Source: Eledone cirrhosa | Taxonomy: Eukaryota | Assembly: GCA_964016885.1 (NCBI GenBank) | Contig: OZ024745.1 | Location: 131,068,001 to 131,132,000, forward strand | DNA length: 64,000 nt | Reading direction: 5' to 3' | Part shown: in pieces, positions 13,184 through 25,384 of the stretch | Numbering within the stretch: the stretch's first letter is position 1 | How the letters are laid out: each line of letters starts with the position of its first letter | The notes under the pieces: model-generated | Seen by the model: the letters and a program-made list of their open reading frames with translations, nothing else | Told to the model about the DNA's origin: nothing | Databases searched by the model: none | Made by a program: the position numbers and the translations under genes

Positions 13184-13448
13184 ATTATCGTTTTTATACC
13201 TGTTTTTCCATGCTTGGATGGATAAATAGGTGGATAGATAAATACATAGATATTTAGATCATCATCATCGTCATCATTTAATGTTTACTTTCCACCCTAG
13301 TATGAGTTAGATATAAATACGTCAATACTATAATGATGCCCGGCCCAGGTTGAATAAATTGGTCGTTATGAGCAACAAAACATAAGTACCTGGCATGGCT
13401 TCGTTGTAGTAATGAACTAAATATTTATATTCAAACTTACCCTACAGA

Positions 13449-13603
13449 CAGGGCCGTCTTAACGCATGGGCACGCTGGGCAGTTGCCCGGGGCCCCACGA
13501 AGATAGGGGGCCCATTTGTATTTTTATTCCTGTGAGTGGTAGGGACCCAGTACTCTGCTTTGCCCAGGGGGGGGGGGGCTATAATGCTGTTAAGACGGCC
13601 CTG
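13449..13603. mobile_element. hAT-type MITE
   Basis: TIRs CAGGGCCGTCTTA...TAAGACGGCCCTG; 8-bp TSD CCTACAGA/ACTACAGA. Confidence 0.85.
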
Positions 13604-13661
13604 ACTACAGACTTGAGTTGCTTTACACCTTGGATTTTTTTTTACCTATTACTATTATATA

Positions 13662-13950
13662 TGTGGGCGCATGTGGCCTAGTGGTAAGGGTGTTGGACTT
13701 ACCATCATAATGTTGCAGGTTTGATTCCTAGGCTGTGTGGTGTGTTGTGCTCTTGAACAAAACACCTCATTTCACGTTGCTCCAGTATACTCAGATGAAA
13801 AATGAGTGCCAGCAATAGCTGGGATTTAGCCCTGCGATGGACTGGCGTCCTGTCCAGGAGGAAGTCTTGTACTCTCAGTCGCTTCACGCCATGAAACCGG
13901 GATAAGCACCGGCCTAATGAGCCTTCTGGCTTAAGACAGACTTTAGCCTT
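13662..13950 (+). mobile_element. tRNA-derived SINE with V-domain-like core
   Basis: tRNA head GGCCTAGTGGTAAGGG...GGTTTGATTCC; core CCCTGCGATGGACTGGCGTCCTGTCCAGG...GAAACCGGGATAAGCACCGGCC; second copy at 41292-41572. Confidence 0.8.
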
Positions 13951-14203
13951 TAAACTACTCTATATATATATATATATATATTTTAAATTATTGATGTATT
14001 GTTTTATTGATATTTTTTATCTGATTGTCCCGAATCTTCTATTATCGATTTTTTATCGTATGGTTGATTTTAGACTTGTTCTATGTGTGACGGTATTTTA
14101 ACGATAGTTATAGCTCTGATTCATCTGAATTATTGAGCCCTCTGCCGCTCATTTCGAATATTGTTTATCGTGAACTCGTGCGCCGATTTTTCGATACTCG
14201 ATC

Positions 14204-14243
<40 letters not shown>

Positions 14244-14631
14244 AAAGACTATTTTGAGTTTATGACTCTATATATAATATTCTCGGCTCCATACATAGAG
14301 CCAATTTTTATTCCCATAAAACCGGCTGTTATTTTTAGTGGCACGAGTATGGGACGAGTTAGGCGCTGTAACACATGTGCGTTCAACAAGACATTTCTCT
14401 CAGTCTTCTAAAGTATTCTGAAGTGAAACTTACCAATTTCTGGATACCTGCAGAAGAGCACAGGAATAGTAACTTTCACTTAATTGTGGCGAAACAAATT
14501 TAAAATTTGTCCAGGTATCACGGCTATTGCCAATATAGGTTTGTTTTTATTGATTAATCAAGACAGGCAAACCGTATTATTTTAAATTAGTATTTTTCAA
14601 TCTAGCTAACTTGGTCATTTGCAATGCGAAC

Positions 14632-14800
14632 ACATGTATACTTGTATCAGTGTTTATCCCTATCACATGTATACTTGTATCAGTGTTTATCCCTATCATA
14701 TGTATACTTGTATCAGTGTTTATCCCTATCATATGTATACTTGTATCAGTGTTTATCCCTATCACATGTATACTTGTATCAGTGTTTATCCCTATCATAT
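14632..14800 (+). repeat. 33-bp minisatellite (~5 copies)
   Basis: Unit CATGTATACTTGTATCAGTGTTTATCCCTATCA. Confidence 0.9.
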
Positions 14801-15092
14801 ACTCATTTGTATTACACAGCTCAGAAATATTCCCTTCTTTGAGCTATTTAATTGTAAAAGACTATTTTGAGTTTATGACTATATATATATATATATATAT
14901 ATATATGCTGTGCTGAATAGGACCCGTCCCTCCCTTGCAAGCAGGGAAAGCAGATGTGTAATGATGATGATGATGATTACCTAAAATAAGTTGTCATCAT
15001 TGACTATGTTATTAGACTACGAAACACCTTGTATAAGCAATCCAAACCAAACAGTGAATGTGTTTTGAGTTCCGGTATAGATTAAAGGTAGC

Positions 15093-15356
15093 CCTCTCTC
15101 TATAATAGATCATTGCCCCTCTCTATAATTTAACTGCTTTACTCTCTCTGTCGCTCTTCACTCTCTATGTGTATTATGTATGTATGTATCCTACACACCT
15201 CCCTATAGTTTCTTAGCTTTACTCTCTCCATCGCTCTTCACTTTCTCTATAATAGATTCCACCTCTCTATAATTTAACTGCTTTACTCTCCCTGTCACTC
15301 TTCACTCTCTATATGACAACACTTTTAGTTTCCGTATCTCCCTTCAATATATACAC

Positions 15357-15390
<34 letters not shown>

Positions 15391-15610
15391 GGAAAACTAC
15401 ACACACATCTACAGAGGGAGACAGAAAAACAGAGGGAGGGGAAAAGAGGGAGATAGGCTGATAGACAGAGAGAGATACAATTAAAGTGTTAGTTATTCAG
15501 AGAGAGAGAGTTGGAAGGACAATGTGACACGGGAGGGTGTGTGGTATCTTTGCAGTGGAGTGGTGGGGGCAGGTATACCTAGCCGGGCGCCAGCCGGACG
15601 GGCCAGCTAG
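15093..15610 (+). mobile_element. Non-autonomous Helitron-like element
   Basis: 5' TCTCTCTATAATAG; 3' GC-rich hairpin (GCCGGGCGCCAGCCGGACGGGC) followed by CTAG|T. Confidence 0.55.
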
Positions 15611-15622
15611 TATATATATAAT

Positions 15623-15728
15623 TTGTTATATTTGGGGAGGGTCATATTGTTATAATTTTGCCAGAAATAATAATTGTTTCTACTTTTTGGCAATATTATA
15701 ACAATATGACCCTCCCCAAATATAACAA
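15623..15728. mobile_element. Short fold-back element with TTGTTATAYTTGGGGAGGGTCAT termini
   Basis: Arms TTGTTATATTTGGGGAGGGTCATATTGTTATAAT / ATTATAACAATATGACCCTCCCCAAATATAACAA. Confidence 0.8.
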
Positions 15729-16266
15729 TATATATAGATGTATATAAGTTGACAGGACTAGCATGGGTTTCACTGCTAGCACCGGTTGCATCTCAGCGTA
15801 TTCAATAGGTAATGTTAAGTAAACTCCCAGAGTAGACACATAGTTATTTGATTTAATACAACACATGTAAATAGATACCTTTTATCTATAGCAGAACTGA
15901 AAACACATTCACTGTTTCGTTTGGTTATATAAGGTGTTTCGTAGTCTAATAACATAGTCAATGATGACAACTTATTTTAGGACATCATCATCATCATCAT
16001 TACACATCCACTTCCTTGCTTGCAAGGGTGGGACGGGTCCTATTCAGCACAGCATATATATATATATATATAATTTGTGGTTAAACAACAACAGTAATCT
16101 GCAATGATTACACAAGTATGGTTGATATTTTATATTCAGTTTCTAACAGGTTGAGTAATGGAGTTAAATATTCCTTAGTTGTCTAGGGAGGTGCTCACAG
16201 TCAGCTGAAATAATAGAGACTACAAGCACGTGTGTGCATATATATATATATGCACGTGTGTGCATG

Positions 16267-16299
<33 letters not shown>

Positions 16300-16638
16300 G
16301 TGCATGGAAGGGAAGAAGAGGTATGCATGCAGTGGGTAAAATCTGTTTCTACAAAGGGAAACAGAAACCCCACCCAAAATATTAGTCTCTACTTTAGAAT
16401 AAAGAACATTATCAGCCATATGTAAGGCTGAGGTTTCTAATCTAGTTCACGCTAACACAGTTCTAAACAATATCTTGTAACTTATAAGAAAGAGTTTGTA
16501 CTGCAAAGCAATAAAGTGAGATAAGAAAGCAATACAGTCTCAAAGACAACACTAGATGTCTATATATATATGTAATAAATATTTGCTCTATGGGGTTTAT
16601 ATATATATATATGTATATATTATATAGATAATATATAT

Positions 16639-16670
<32 letters not shown>

Positions 16671-16690
16671 GCACATATACATATATAGAT

Positions 16691-18087
16691 AGCAGTCAGC
16701 AAAGTTAGGATTAGCAATGAGTATAGCGAGGAATTTAGCGTACAGGTTGGTGTCCACCAGGGCTCTGTTCTTAGCCCTTTCCTGTTCATCATAGTCCTGC
16801 AGGCAATAACGGAGGAGTTTAAGACCGGTTGCCCATGGGAACTCCTGTATGCAGATGATCTCGCACTTATAGCTGAATCTATGGTAGAACTAGAGAAGAA
16901 TTTCCAAACTTGGAAGCAGGGACTAGAAAGAAAGGGTCTCAAAGTCAACATGACAAAGACTAAGGTCCTTGTAAGTAGACGAGAAAACAGAACCCAGATC
17001 CCCTCAGGGAAATGGCCTTGCTCAGTATGTAGGAAAGGTGTAGGTAGGAACTCCATTCTCTGCCCCAAATGCAAACAATGGGTACACAAGAGATGTAGCA
17101 AGATCTCAGGAAGCTTAATTAAGAATGTAAGCTTCACATGTAGCAGCTGTGCTGGGACAGCAAGCAGCAAACAGCCACAGGAAACAAGCACCACCAATCT
17201 CTGGGCGGGCTCTGTAGAAACAGTAGACAGCTTCTGCTACCTAGGTGACCGAATTAGCAGCGGAGGTGGGTGTTCAGAAAGTACAATAATTAGGGTAAGA
17301 AGTTCAGGGAACTACTGCCACTGCTAGCTGCAAAAGGCTTCTCCCTCAAAATGAAAGGCAGACTGTATGATGCATGTATCCAAACAGCAATGTTACATGG
17401 TAGTGAGACCTGGGCGCTGAAGGACTTACGTAGATTAGAAAGAAACGAAGCCTGCATGCTCCGATGGATGTGTAATAGTAATATACGCAAACGGCAAAGC
17501 ATAAATGAATTGAGAGAGAGACTGAGCATCAGAGGAATCAAATGCTGTGTGCAGGAGAGGCGGATGCATTGGTATGGACATGTGATACATATGAAGGATG
17601 ACAGCTGCATAAAAAGGTGCAGAGCACTAGAAGTCAATGGAAGCCGCGGAGTGGGGAGACCCAAGAAGACCTGGGATGAGGTGATAGGGGCCGACCTTAC
17701 CTAGTTGCACCTCTCAAAGGCAATGACACACGACCGTGACCTCTGGCGTCACACAGTAATACAGAGTACCCGACCTCCCATGGGTACAAGCTGAAGCATA
17801 TAGACAATATGCCGCCACACCCTCCCACTGCAAAGTGGTGGTGGAGGTGCCACGGCCAAAAAGCACCCAGCCCACACTGTAAAGTGGACGTGTAGGCGCC
17901 ACGGAAAAAAAGCACTCACTGCAAATGAGGTTGGTGTTAGGAAGGGCATCCAGCTGTAGAAATCAAGCCAAAATCAGTTCCTGTATGAGCAAGGCATGGT
18001 CAGCCGACCAGACACTGCTCACAACAGGACAACCCGTCTAACCCATGTTAGCATGGAAGAACGGACGTAAAACGGTGATGATGATGA
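16691..18087 (+). mobile_element. 5'-truncated RTE LINE (frameshifted)
   Basis: RT motifs GVHQGSVLSPFLF and LLYADDL, Cys-rich insert WPCSVC..CPKC..WVHKRC, C-terminal GRPKKTW, (GAT)n tail. Confidence 0.93.
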
Positions 18088-18099
18088 TATATATAATAT

Positions 18100-18310
18100 T
18101 CATTTCATTTCATGTCCGCTTTTCCCTGCTTGCAAGGGTGGGACGGGAACTGATTCTGGCTTGATTTCTACAGCAGGATGCCCTTCCTAACACCAACCTC
18201 ATTTACAGTGAGTGCTGGGTGCTTTTTTTCCATGGTGCCTACACGTCAACTTTACAGTGTGAGCTGGGTGCCTTTTTACCATGGCACCTCCACGACTACT
18301 TTGCAGTGGA
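18100..18310 (-). mobile_element. RTE 3'-end fragment, tail-to-tail with the preceding LINE
   Basis: Reverse complement of ~17825-17980. Confidence 0.8.
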
Positions 18311-18561
18311 ATGATAGGGACCCTAGTCCTATCATCTCATTTCTACAGCTGAGTAAACTGGAGCAATGTGAAATAAAGTGTCTTGCTCAAGGAAACAACA
18401 TATCACCTGGTCTGAGAATTGAACTCACAACCTTTCAATTGCAAGGCCAATGCTCTAACCACTAAGCCATGTGCCTCCTTGTTTGTTTGGGCCCATAACA
18501 CCTGATGGAGTCATAGGGGTATATATATATATTATATAGATAATATATATATATATATATA

Positions 18562-18751
18562 TCATCATCATCATCATTGTTTAACGTCCATCTTCCACGC
18601 TAGCATGGGTTTGGACGGGAATTTTCCCACTTGAGGCAAGATTGGTTGTCTTGCTCGTATGGGACTGTCTGGTGGGTTTTCTACAGCTGGATGCACTTCC
18701 TAACACCAACCACGTTTACAGTGTGGACTGGGAGGTTTTTACCGTGTTACC
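18562..18751 (-). mobile_element. Inverted RTE 3' end fused to the 5' end of the next LINE
   Basis: Reverse complement of ~20050-20238. Confidence 0.85.
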
Positions 18752-20238
18752 AAGGTTAGAATTAACAACGAATATAGTGAAGAGTTTAGCGTAAAAGTTG
18801 GTGTTCATCAGGGTTCCGTTCTTAGCCCCCTACTATTTATTATTGCCCTTCAGGCTATAACAGTGGAGTTCAAGACCGGCTGCCCATGGGAACTCCTATA
18901 TGCAGATGATCTAACACTCATAGCTGAATCAATGGCCGAACTAGAGAAGAAATTCCAAATATGGAAGCATGGCCTAGAATCAAAAGGCCTTAAAATTAAC
19001 CTGTCTAAGACTAAAGTTCTAGTTTGTAGGAAGGAAAATAGGGCGCCGGTCCCTTCCGGCAAATGGCCATGCTCAGTGTGTAGGAAAGGAGTAGGTAGAA
19101 ACTCCATTTTATGTCCCAAATGCAAAGTATGGGTGCATAAAAGATGTAGTGGGATCACAGGTAAGCTAACTAAGAACATAGATTTTATATGTGGCCGGTG
19201 CTCTGGTGCAATAAGTAGCAGCAAGTGCCCACAGAATACTAGCTCATTCCATTGCACAGATGGTTCTATAGAAATAGTGGACAGCTTCCGTTACCTAGGT
19301 GACAAAATCAGCAGTGGGGGAGGCTGCTCTGAAAGTACAGTAGCTAGAGTCAGAACTGGATGGAAAAAGTTCAGAGAGCTTATACCACTATTAGCCGCTA
19401 AAGCGTTCTCCCTAAAAATGAAAGGCAGGCTGTATGATGCCTGCATACGAACAGTAATGTTGTATGGCAGTGAGACCTGGGCATTGTGTGCAGAGGATAT
19501 ACGCAGACTGGAGAGGAACGAAGCTTGCATGCTCCGCTGGATGTGTAATAGTAATATATGTGAACAGCAAAGCATAAACGAACTAAGGGAAAAATTAGAA
19601 ATAAGAGGGATCAGATGTTGTTTACTCGAGAGAAGACTACGTTGGTTCGGTCACGTGATGCGCATGAAAGACGACAGCTGTATAAAAAAGTGCAGGGCAA
19701 TAAAAATAGATGGTAGCCACGGAGTAGGCAGACCCAGAAAAACCTGGGACGACTTGATAAATTCCGACTTCACACACTTACACCTCTCCAAGACAATGTC
19801 ACTGAACCGAGATCTTTGGCGCTACACAGTAATAGAGACGACCCACCTTATCTAAGTACAAAGTGAAACCTACTACAGTCACTAGGCACCTCTAACAAAA
19901 TACACCCCCGTCCCACTACCCCCACCCCATCCACACCACCTCTTCCAATGTAAAGTTATGTTGGTACCACAACATCCAGGCCAAAACAAATAAGGACGTG
20001 TAGGTGTCACGACAAAAAAACACAGTCCACGCTGTAATGTGGCCGTGTAGGTAACACGGTAAAAACCTCCCAGTTCCACTGTAAATGTGGTTGGTGTTAG
20101 GAAGAGCATCCAGCCGTAGAAAACCCGCCAGACAGTCCTATGCGAGCAAGACAACCACTCTTGCCTCAAGTGGGAAAACTCCCGTCCAAACTCATGCAAG
20201 CGTGGAATATGGATGTTAAACGATGATGATGATGATGA
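18752..20238 (+). mobile_element. 5'-truncated RTE LINE with an intact C-terminal ORF (~370 codons to the stop at 19855)
   Basis: GVHQGSVLSPLLF, LLYADDL, FRYLG, MLYGSETW, RLRWFGHV, GRPRKTW; (GAT)n tail. Confidence 0.95.
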
Positions 20239-20329
20239 TTCCTTCCATATACTGTATCGATTGTGTTATTTCTGTTTTCCTTTTACACACACACATATAT
20301 ATATATATATATAATATATATATATATAA

Positions 20330-20408
20330 TTAAATTTAGCTCTGGTACTTACATAGAGCACTCTTCACTCCTATGACTTTTTCAATTTTCTACGGAAACT
20401 TCAATACT
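20330..20408 (+). mobile_element. Tail fragment of the Penelope-like family seen at 34122 and 46584
   Basis: Reverse complement of GTATTGAAGTTTCCG..GAAAATTGAAAAAGTCATAGGAGTGAAGAGTGCTCTATGTAAGTACCAGAGCTAAATTTA. Confidence 0.75.
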
Positions 20409-20455
20409 TATGTGTGTGTGTGCTTGTGTGTGTGGTAATGACAGAATACCACAGC

Positions 20456-20547
20456 AGAGGTCCGACGAGCTTTTGATTCCAGAGTCGGGCCAGATCGATA
20501 CAGATTGAACCTTGAGCTGATCAATAGCGAAACGCACGTCACTACTC
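20456..20547 (+). ncRNA. Type-I hammerhead-like motif (U4C variant core)
   Basis: GGU CCGACGA GCUUUUGAU...AUCAAUAGC GAAA C-GCAC-G UC ACU; GUC cleavage triplet, long stem II, AATAAA immediately downstream. Confidence 0.6.
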
Positions 20548-20579
20548 AATAAACGCAATGAAGACATAACAAATCGCCC

Positions 20580-20619
<40 letters not shown>

Positions 20620-21242
20620 TCTGCTTAGTTCTACCCCTCTAAACCAGAAACTACGCATCGGGTGCTCATTCTGGTGAACCTACAGTAACTGGATGTTACA
20701 TTCCATATATACCACGTGTGTGTGCGTCTGTAGTAGAGAGAGACAAATAGAGTGACAGAGGATCGGACAGATTCATCTTTTTGGTGTCAAATTGGTGCCT
20801 AGAATGTTTAATATTACTTGGGGGCCTTATGCGCAAAACATGATCTTCAGGGCTGCTTTCAGTCTCATACCGTGACATGTCCAACCTAGGGTTGCATAGG
20901 AAACCTTCATAAAACGATGACGGTGATTACATATACACATAAAGGTCTGAATATAAATAAATTATATAGGAGCTCGGTAAATGCCACAGGCTGTTTGTGC
21001 ATCTAAACATGCGGGACGAACTAGAGAGAAGAGATAAGCTGGATGCGAGGAGAAGATGGGCAGTAATTTGGTCAACATGACTGACCCACCAACGTGAGGG
21101 TCGGACGCCATGCTTTGCAGCATAGAGTTCAAATCCCACCGAGGTTAACTTTGCCTTTCATCTTTACGGGGTCGATAAAATAAAGCACCAGAAACGCACT
21201 GGGGTAATTGCTGACCTTAATTAACACCCAGCGAACATTCGA

Positions 21243-21308
21243 CACCGACTGATGACATCAATACCCCTTGATCAATCCTATGTTCACCGATGTGAAACAA
21301 TCTTTGTG
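21243..21308 (+). ncRNA. Possible minimal hammerhead ribozyme
   Basis: CACCGA CUGAUGA CAUC...GAUG U GAAA CAA UC UUUGUG; stem I pairs 5 of 6. Confidence 0.4.
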
Positions 21309-22594
21309 ATGTAATAATGCCTATACATTTGTAAATACTCTAATTGACGATGCTATATCATGTCATTTCATGTGTATAGATAAAAACGGTTTTGCTTGTA
21401 CGTCTAAACATACAGGGGAAAGAGTGTAAAATATACTATATAAATTGCGTATATTTTGGTGCGGTTCCCAGCAATAGTTAATTGTATTTATATCTTCATT
21501 CTGAAAGAATTGTGAACAATATATAATGTTATTTATAGAACTGTATAAAAATTGTATTAAATTGGTAAACTCTATGATGGTAATATGATATGGTTAGGTT
21601 CCGTGCGTAAACATCATCAAAGAGGGTTGACGCCTTTTATCAAACATAGATTTAACAAATTTAAACAACAATAATGGTACTTACCTCGTGTAAAATAAGA
21701 AATGTAAGGATCTAGAAATATAATAAACGGCAATTATTAAGACTGGACAATGTATCTTGTCACATATCTATTCTATTCCTGTATATAGAGAATGAAATAG
21801 CTGTATTTGATAGGGGTTGTTGTCATAGTCGTGGTACTTCCAGTGATAGTAGTGGTGATTACAAATCGGTGATCACAAATTGGTGATCGTTGATCCCAAA
21901 TTGGCCTCAAAAATTTCCGTTGACCCTTCTGGTGTGGTGTCTGACCGATTCTCGCACCTGCTGGTGAATTAAATAGTCGTTTTTGTTAATTTGTTTATTT
22001 TTCTTTCTTTTCTTTTCTTTTCTTTTTCTCTCGCTTTAATCATATATTTTAGTGCATTGTATTTGTAAGATTCCTAGCAATCATTAATTGTATTTATTAT
22101 GTGTGTTTATATATGTTTATATTTTCATTCTGAAAGAATTGTTAACAATTTGTAATGTTACTTATACAACAGTGAATGAAACTATAGGTAGCGGCGATCA
22201 TATTAACATGTGAAACAGTTGCTTCCCATGTTATTAATGGCAAAAATGTCGCTAATTATAGATTTTTTTAATTTAAGCGTCCGGACAAATAAGTTTTGTC
22301 AGTTGAGATGATGGTGCCGAGTATAATAATGATAATAATATTAATGGAATGAAATGAATAGAACGGAGAGTATGTACGTTGAGAAGTTATAATGATAAAA
22401 GAAAGGTGGACTAGGAAACAGTGAAAAACTGTGAGAAGCCGGCTGAAGTTTTATATTCCCCCCTTAGAATCTTGTGATAAATTATATTTACGTGGCGACT
22501 AAAATTTAAAATAGACTTCCGGCCGATTGTGGTTGAGAGAGTTACCTCCCATATCTATAGAATAAATCTTTATAATGTTTTTTCTTATACTTAT

Positions 22595-22820
22595 TCTTCT
22601 TCATCCACTTATTCCTGAGAGGGGGCTGGGTCCAGAGTCCTCAAATACACCTTCCAGTGGGTCCTGTCAGAAGCAACCGCCTTCAATTGACCCGGCTGAA
22701 TCTCCTAGCAAGACCAGCCAAGCTCATGGATGTTATCCAACAATCTTGCTCGGGGTCTACCCCTGGGTCACCTGCCGGTTAATTGTGCCCGTAAAATCTG
22801 TCCAGCGATTCTTTCCTGAT
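22595..22820 (-). mobile_element. RTE (Expander/Rex3-like) 3' fragment
   Basis: Homologous to 25385-26130 and 41675-41810; minus strand encodes a GRPRARL-type LINE C-terminus. Confidence 0.65.
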
Positions 22821-24049
22821 AATGTTTCACTTTTAAAATTAGTTACTCTCGGGACCCAAATAATAATTGGTTTTGGAATAATATCATGTGTGTGTGGAAA
22901 ATCGGTCGTTTTTCTAGGTTGTCTCCGTTGATATTTATAAAAACCAGAATTAGTCATTTAGTTTACATATTGAGATCACATCCATCTTATTTATTATATA
23001 ACGTATGGGATTTCTAGTAATATACTTTTTTTGTCATGTATAATGTTTTTTAATATCTAAATAAAATTAACTATCTCAGGAATGCTAACACTTAAAATAA
23101 AAATTTCGCCGGAGATTCATTAGCAAAATTTAATTAGTAGTGACGGGGATTATTTGAGACCCGAGAGTACATATCCTCAAACGAAAAATTATCATGAATT
23201 TTTTGAAGGGGCACAACTCTGTATAGAATTACATGAAGTTTGTATTTTACCACTTCTCTGCAACTCTTTTATAATACCAAGGAAACTGGGATACCTCCCT
23301 GTCTAACAAACCTCTTAACTTCTTTTAACCAAAGTTTTAAGTTATTGTTTTTTTTTCAAAACTATAAATACTCACATTTATTAAGGTGTTAGAAATAAGG
23401 AATTGAAATATCAATGTTCTCATGAAAGAAAATGGTAATTTTAGAATCGATTGAACGTTAAAAGAATTTAAATAAATATATAGATACACGGTCTCATAAT
23501 TGAAGTTATTTAGTTTTGAGAAGTAACAGATAAAATCACACAAAAGAAAAATTAAACGAGTTTCTAAGTAGTTGTTCGACCTGCTAGAAATAGCAGTCAA
23601 ATTTCATTCTAATTACTTCCAACCGTTTTAGAAAAAGAAACAATTGGATAATGTCACCCTGTATGCACTTTGCGTGGGGAGAAAGAGGGATGCTCATAGC
23701 TGGAATGTTTTTTATTACAAGTTCCGGTATATCAGGACCAACAGTTATTGGGAAATATAAAGAACCAATTATATATAAGCACCTGAATTTACGTTTACTT
23801 ACTTCAAAACAGGAGATTTTCACAAAGTTAGACAACCATGGTGAGTTTATTTGTTACAAGTGATACGTTCTCGTTGAATTATACGTTTAATTTATATTTT
23901 CTGCTCACAAGACTTTTTATTATTCAAAGTTGTATAAATAATATTACAAATTATTTTGATTTTTTTCTTACAGAATAAGAAAAATATAAACACATATATA
24001 ATAAACACAATTGATTTATTGCTAGGAACTTCACAATTATAATGGAAGA

Positions 24050-24301
24050 GGCTATGTAGCCGGTAAGAGTGTCAGCACAATGAGTTGTGGTCCGAGTTAA
24101 GACAATTTGAAATCTTTCCCACCAACAATTGTTAAAAAAACAATTTAAAATCCTTTAGTCGTCCATTCGTAACGTACATTACACTTTAGTTCATACACAG
24201 ACATCTACACGTAAATACATAAACAGAGACAACAGAAGGAGCTGGTGAAATGCTATAGCGATGTGTGTTGCACCCCTTTAGGGTTTACCGGCTACATAGC
24301 C
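24050..24301. mobile_element. Small TIR element
   Basis: GGCTATGTAGCCGGTAA ... TTACCGGCTACATAGCC, a perfect 17-bp inverted repeat. Confidence 0.55.
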
Positions 24302-25384
24302 GATTCGAATTAATAATGTACAAAAATATATATCCAAGTTAGAACACCATACAATTTCATGTCAGCAGCTAGCTATACGTGGCTTATGTAACACGTAAAC
24401 ACCTGTGTGTGGGGGAACGGGAGAGTTTTCATTCATAAAAATCTCTGACCCTATACTGTAAGCGTGTATTGAAAACTAATATATAAAAAAAAACACATGT
24501 GCCCCATCATGGCCTCAGAATGTCGGCTGGAACATGTAATAGAGTTATGACCGGTGCGTGTTTGATGGTTTCGACGTTGCATTCAATCAGCCGAAGTACC
24601 TACTCATTATATTAGGGTGCAAGTAGCTGAATATTCCTTTTTTTAATTCTCTCCTCCGTAATGGGGTTGTTGTAGTTTATGTGCATTTATAACGCAACAC
24701 TGATACTACCGAGTTGATAGCTTCCCTCATCATCGCCCTCCTCGTCTCCCACTATTATGAGCAAATGTGGTCCCACGCATTGGCCGCCCCAAGGTTCCGG
24801 CGGACAGAATAGAGAAGGTGTTTCCCCAGAGGATGGTGAGGGAGTTGCGCTGAAAGAGCCATTCCAGCTCATGTGTACAGTTCATTCGACAGGGTTTCCT
24901 TACGGGTTTCCTCTATCCGCTTTCATTCGTAAAACTTTGGTCAACTCGAAGCTCTGGAAAATACACTTGCCAAAGATGCCACGCTGTGATCGAACACGGA
25001 ATGTCATGATTGCAGCCTATGGTAGCCATCAAATATAAATTGAAAATTATACACGTTTAGTTTTTATGATGCTAGTTACTTTTGTCTTTGCTAACATTAG
25101 CTATATTTCTTTAATGCGGCTCCTTTGCTCAGTGGGGGGGGGGGGGGTGAATGTAAAAAACAATCGTGTATCAACGTTAAAAAAAAGATTGTTTATGTCG
25201 AACGATCATGGGAGCCAATATGTAGTCTGAGAGGAAAGACATTCAACATAGAAGGCACTATGATTTTGACACAGGTCTACTCAATCAGAGCTAGCTTGAC
25301 CTTAACATTTATTTATCTTCTGTCTGTCTCTCCAGCACATTATCAACATCTATATAAATAGGATATCTGAATCGTGAAAGTTTT

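Larger units (their letters stand above)
14905..16057. repeat. Long inverted repeat (~185-bp arms) enclosing a Helitron-like insert and a small hairpin
   Basis: 14905-15090 is the reverse complement of ~15876-16057; both outer ends lie in (TA)n. Confidence 0.85.

Noticed and set aside
13890-13935. GAAACCGG...CCTAATGAG (and CTGATGAG at ~41549) resembling a hammerhead
   Set aside because: Part of the V-type SINE body; the helices required for a hammerhead do not form
23838-24015. ATG|GTGAGT...TTACAG mini-gene
   Set aside because: The spliced frame stops after 14 codons; no homology recognised
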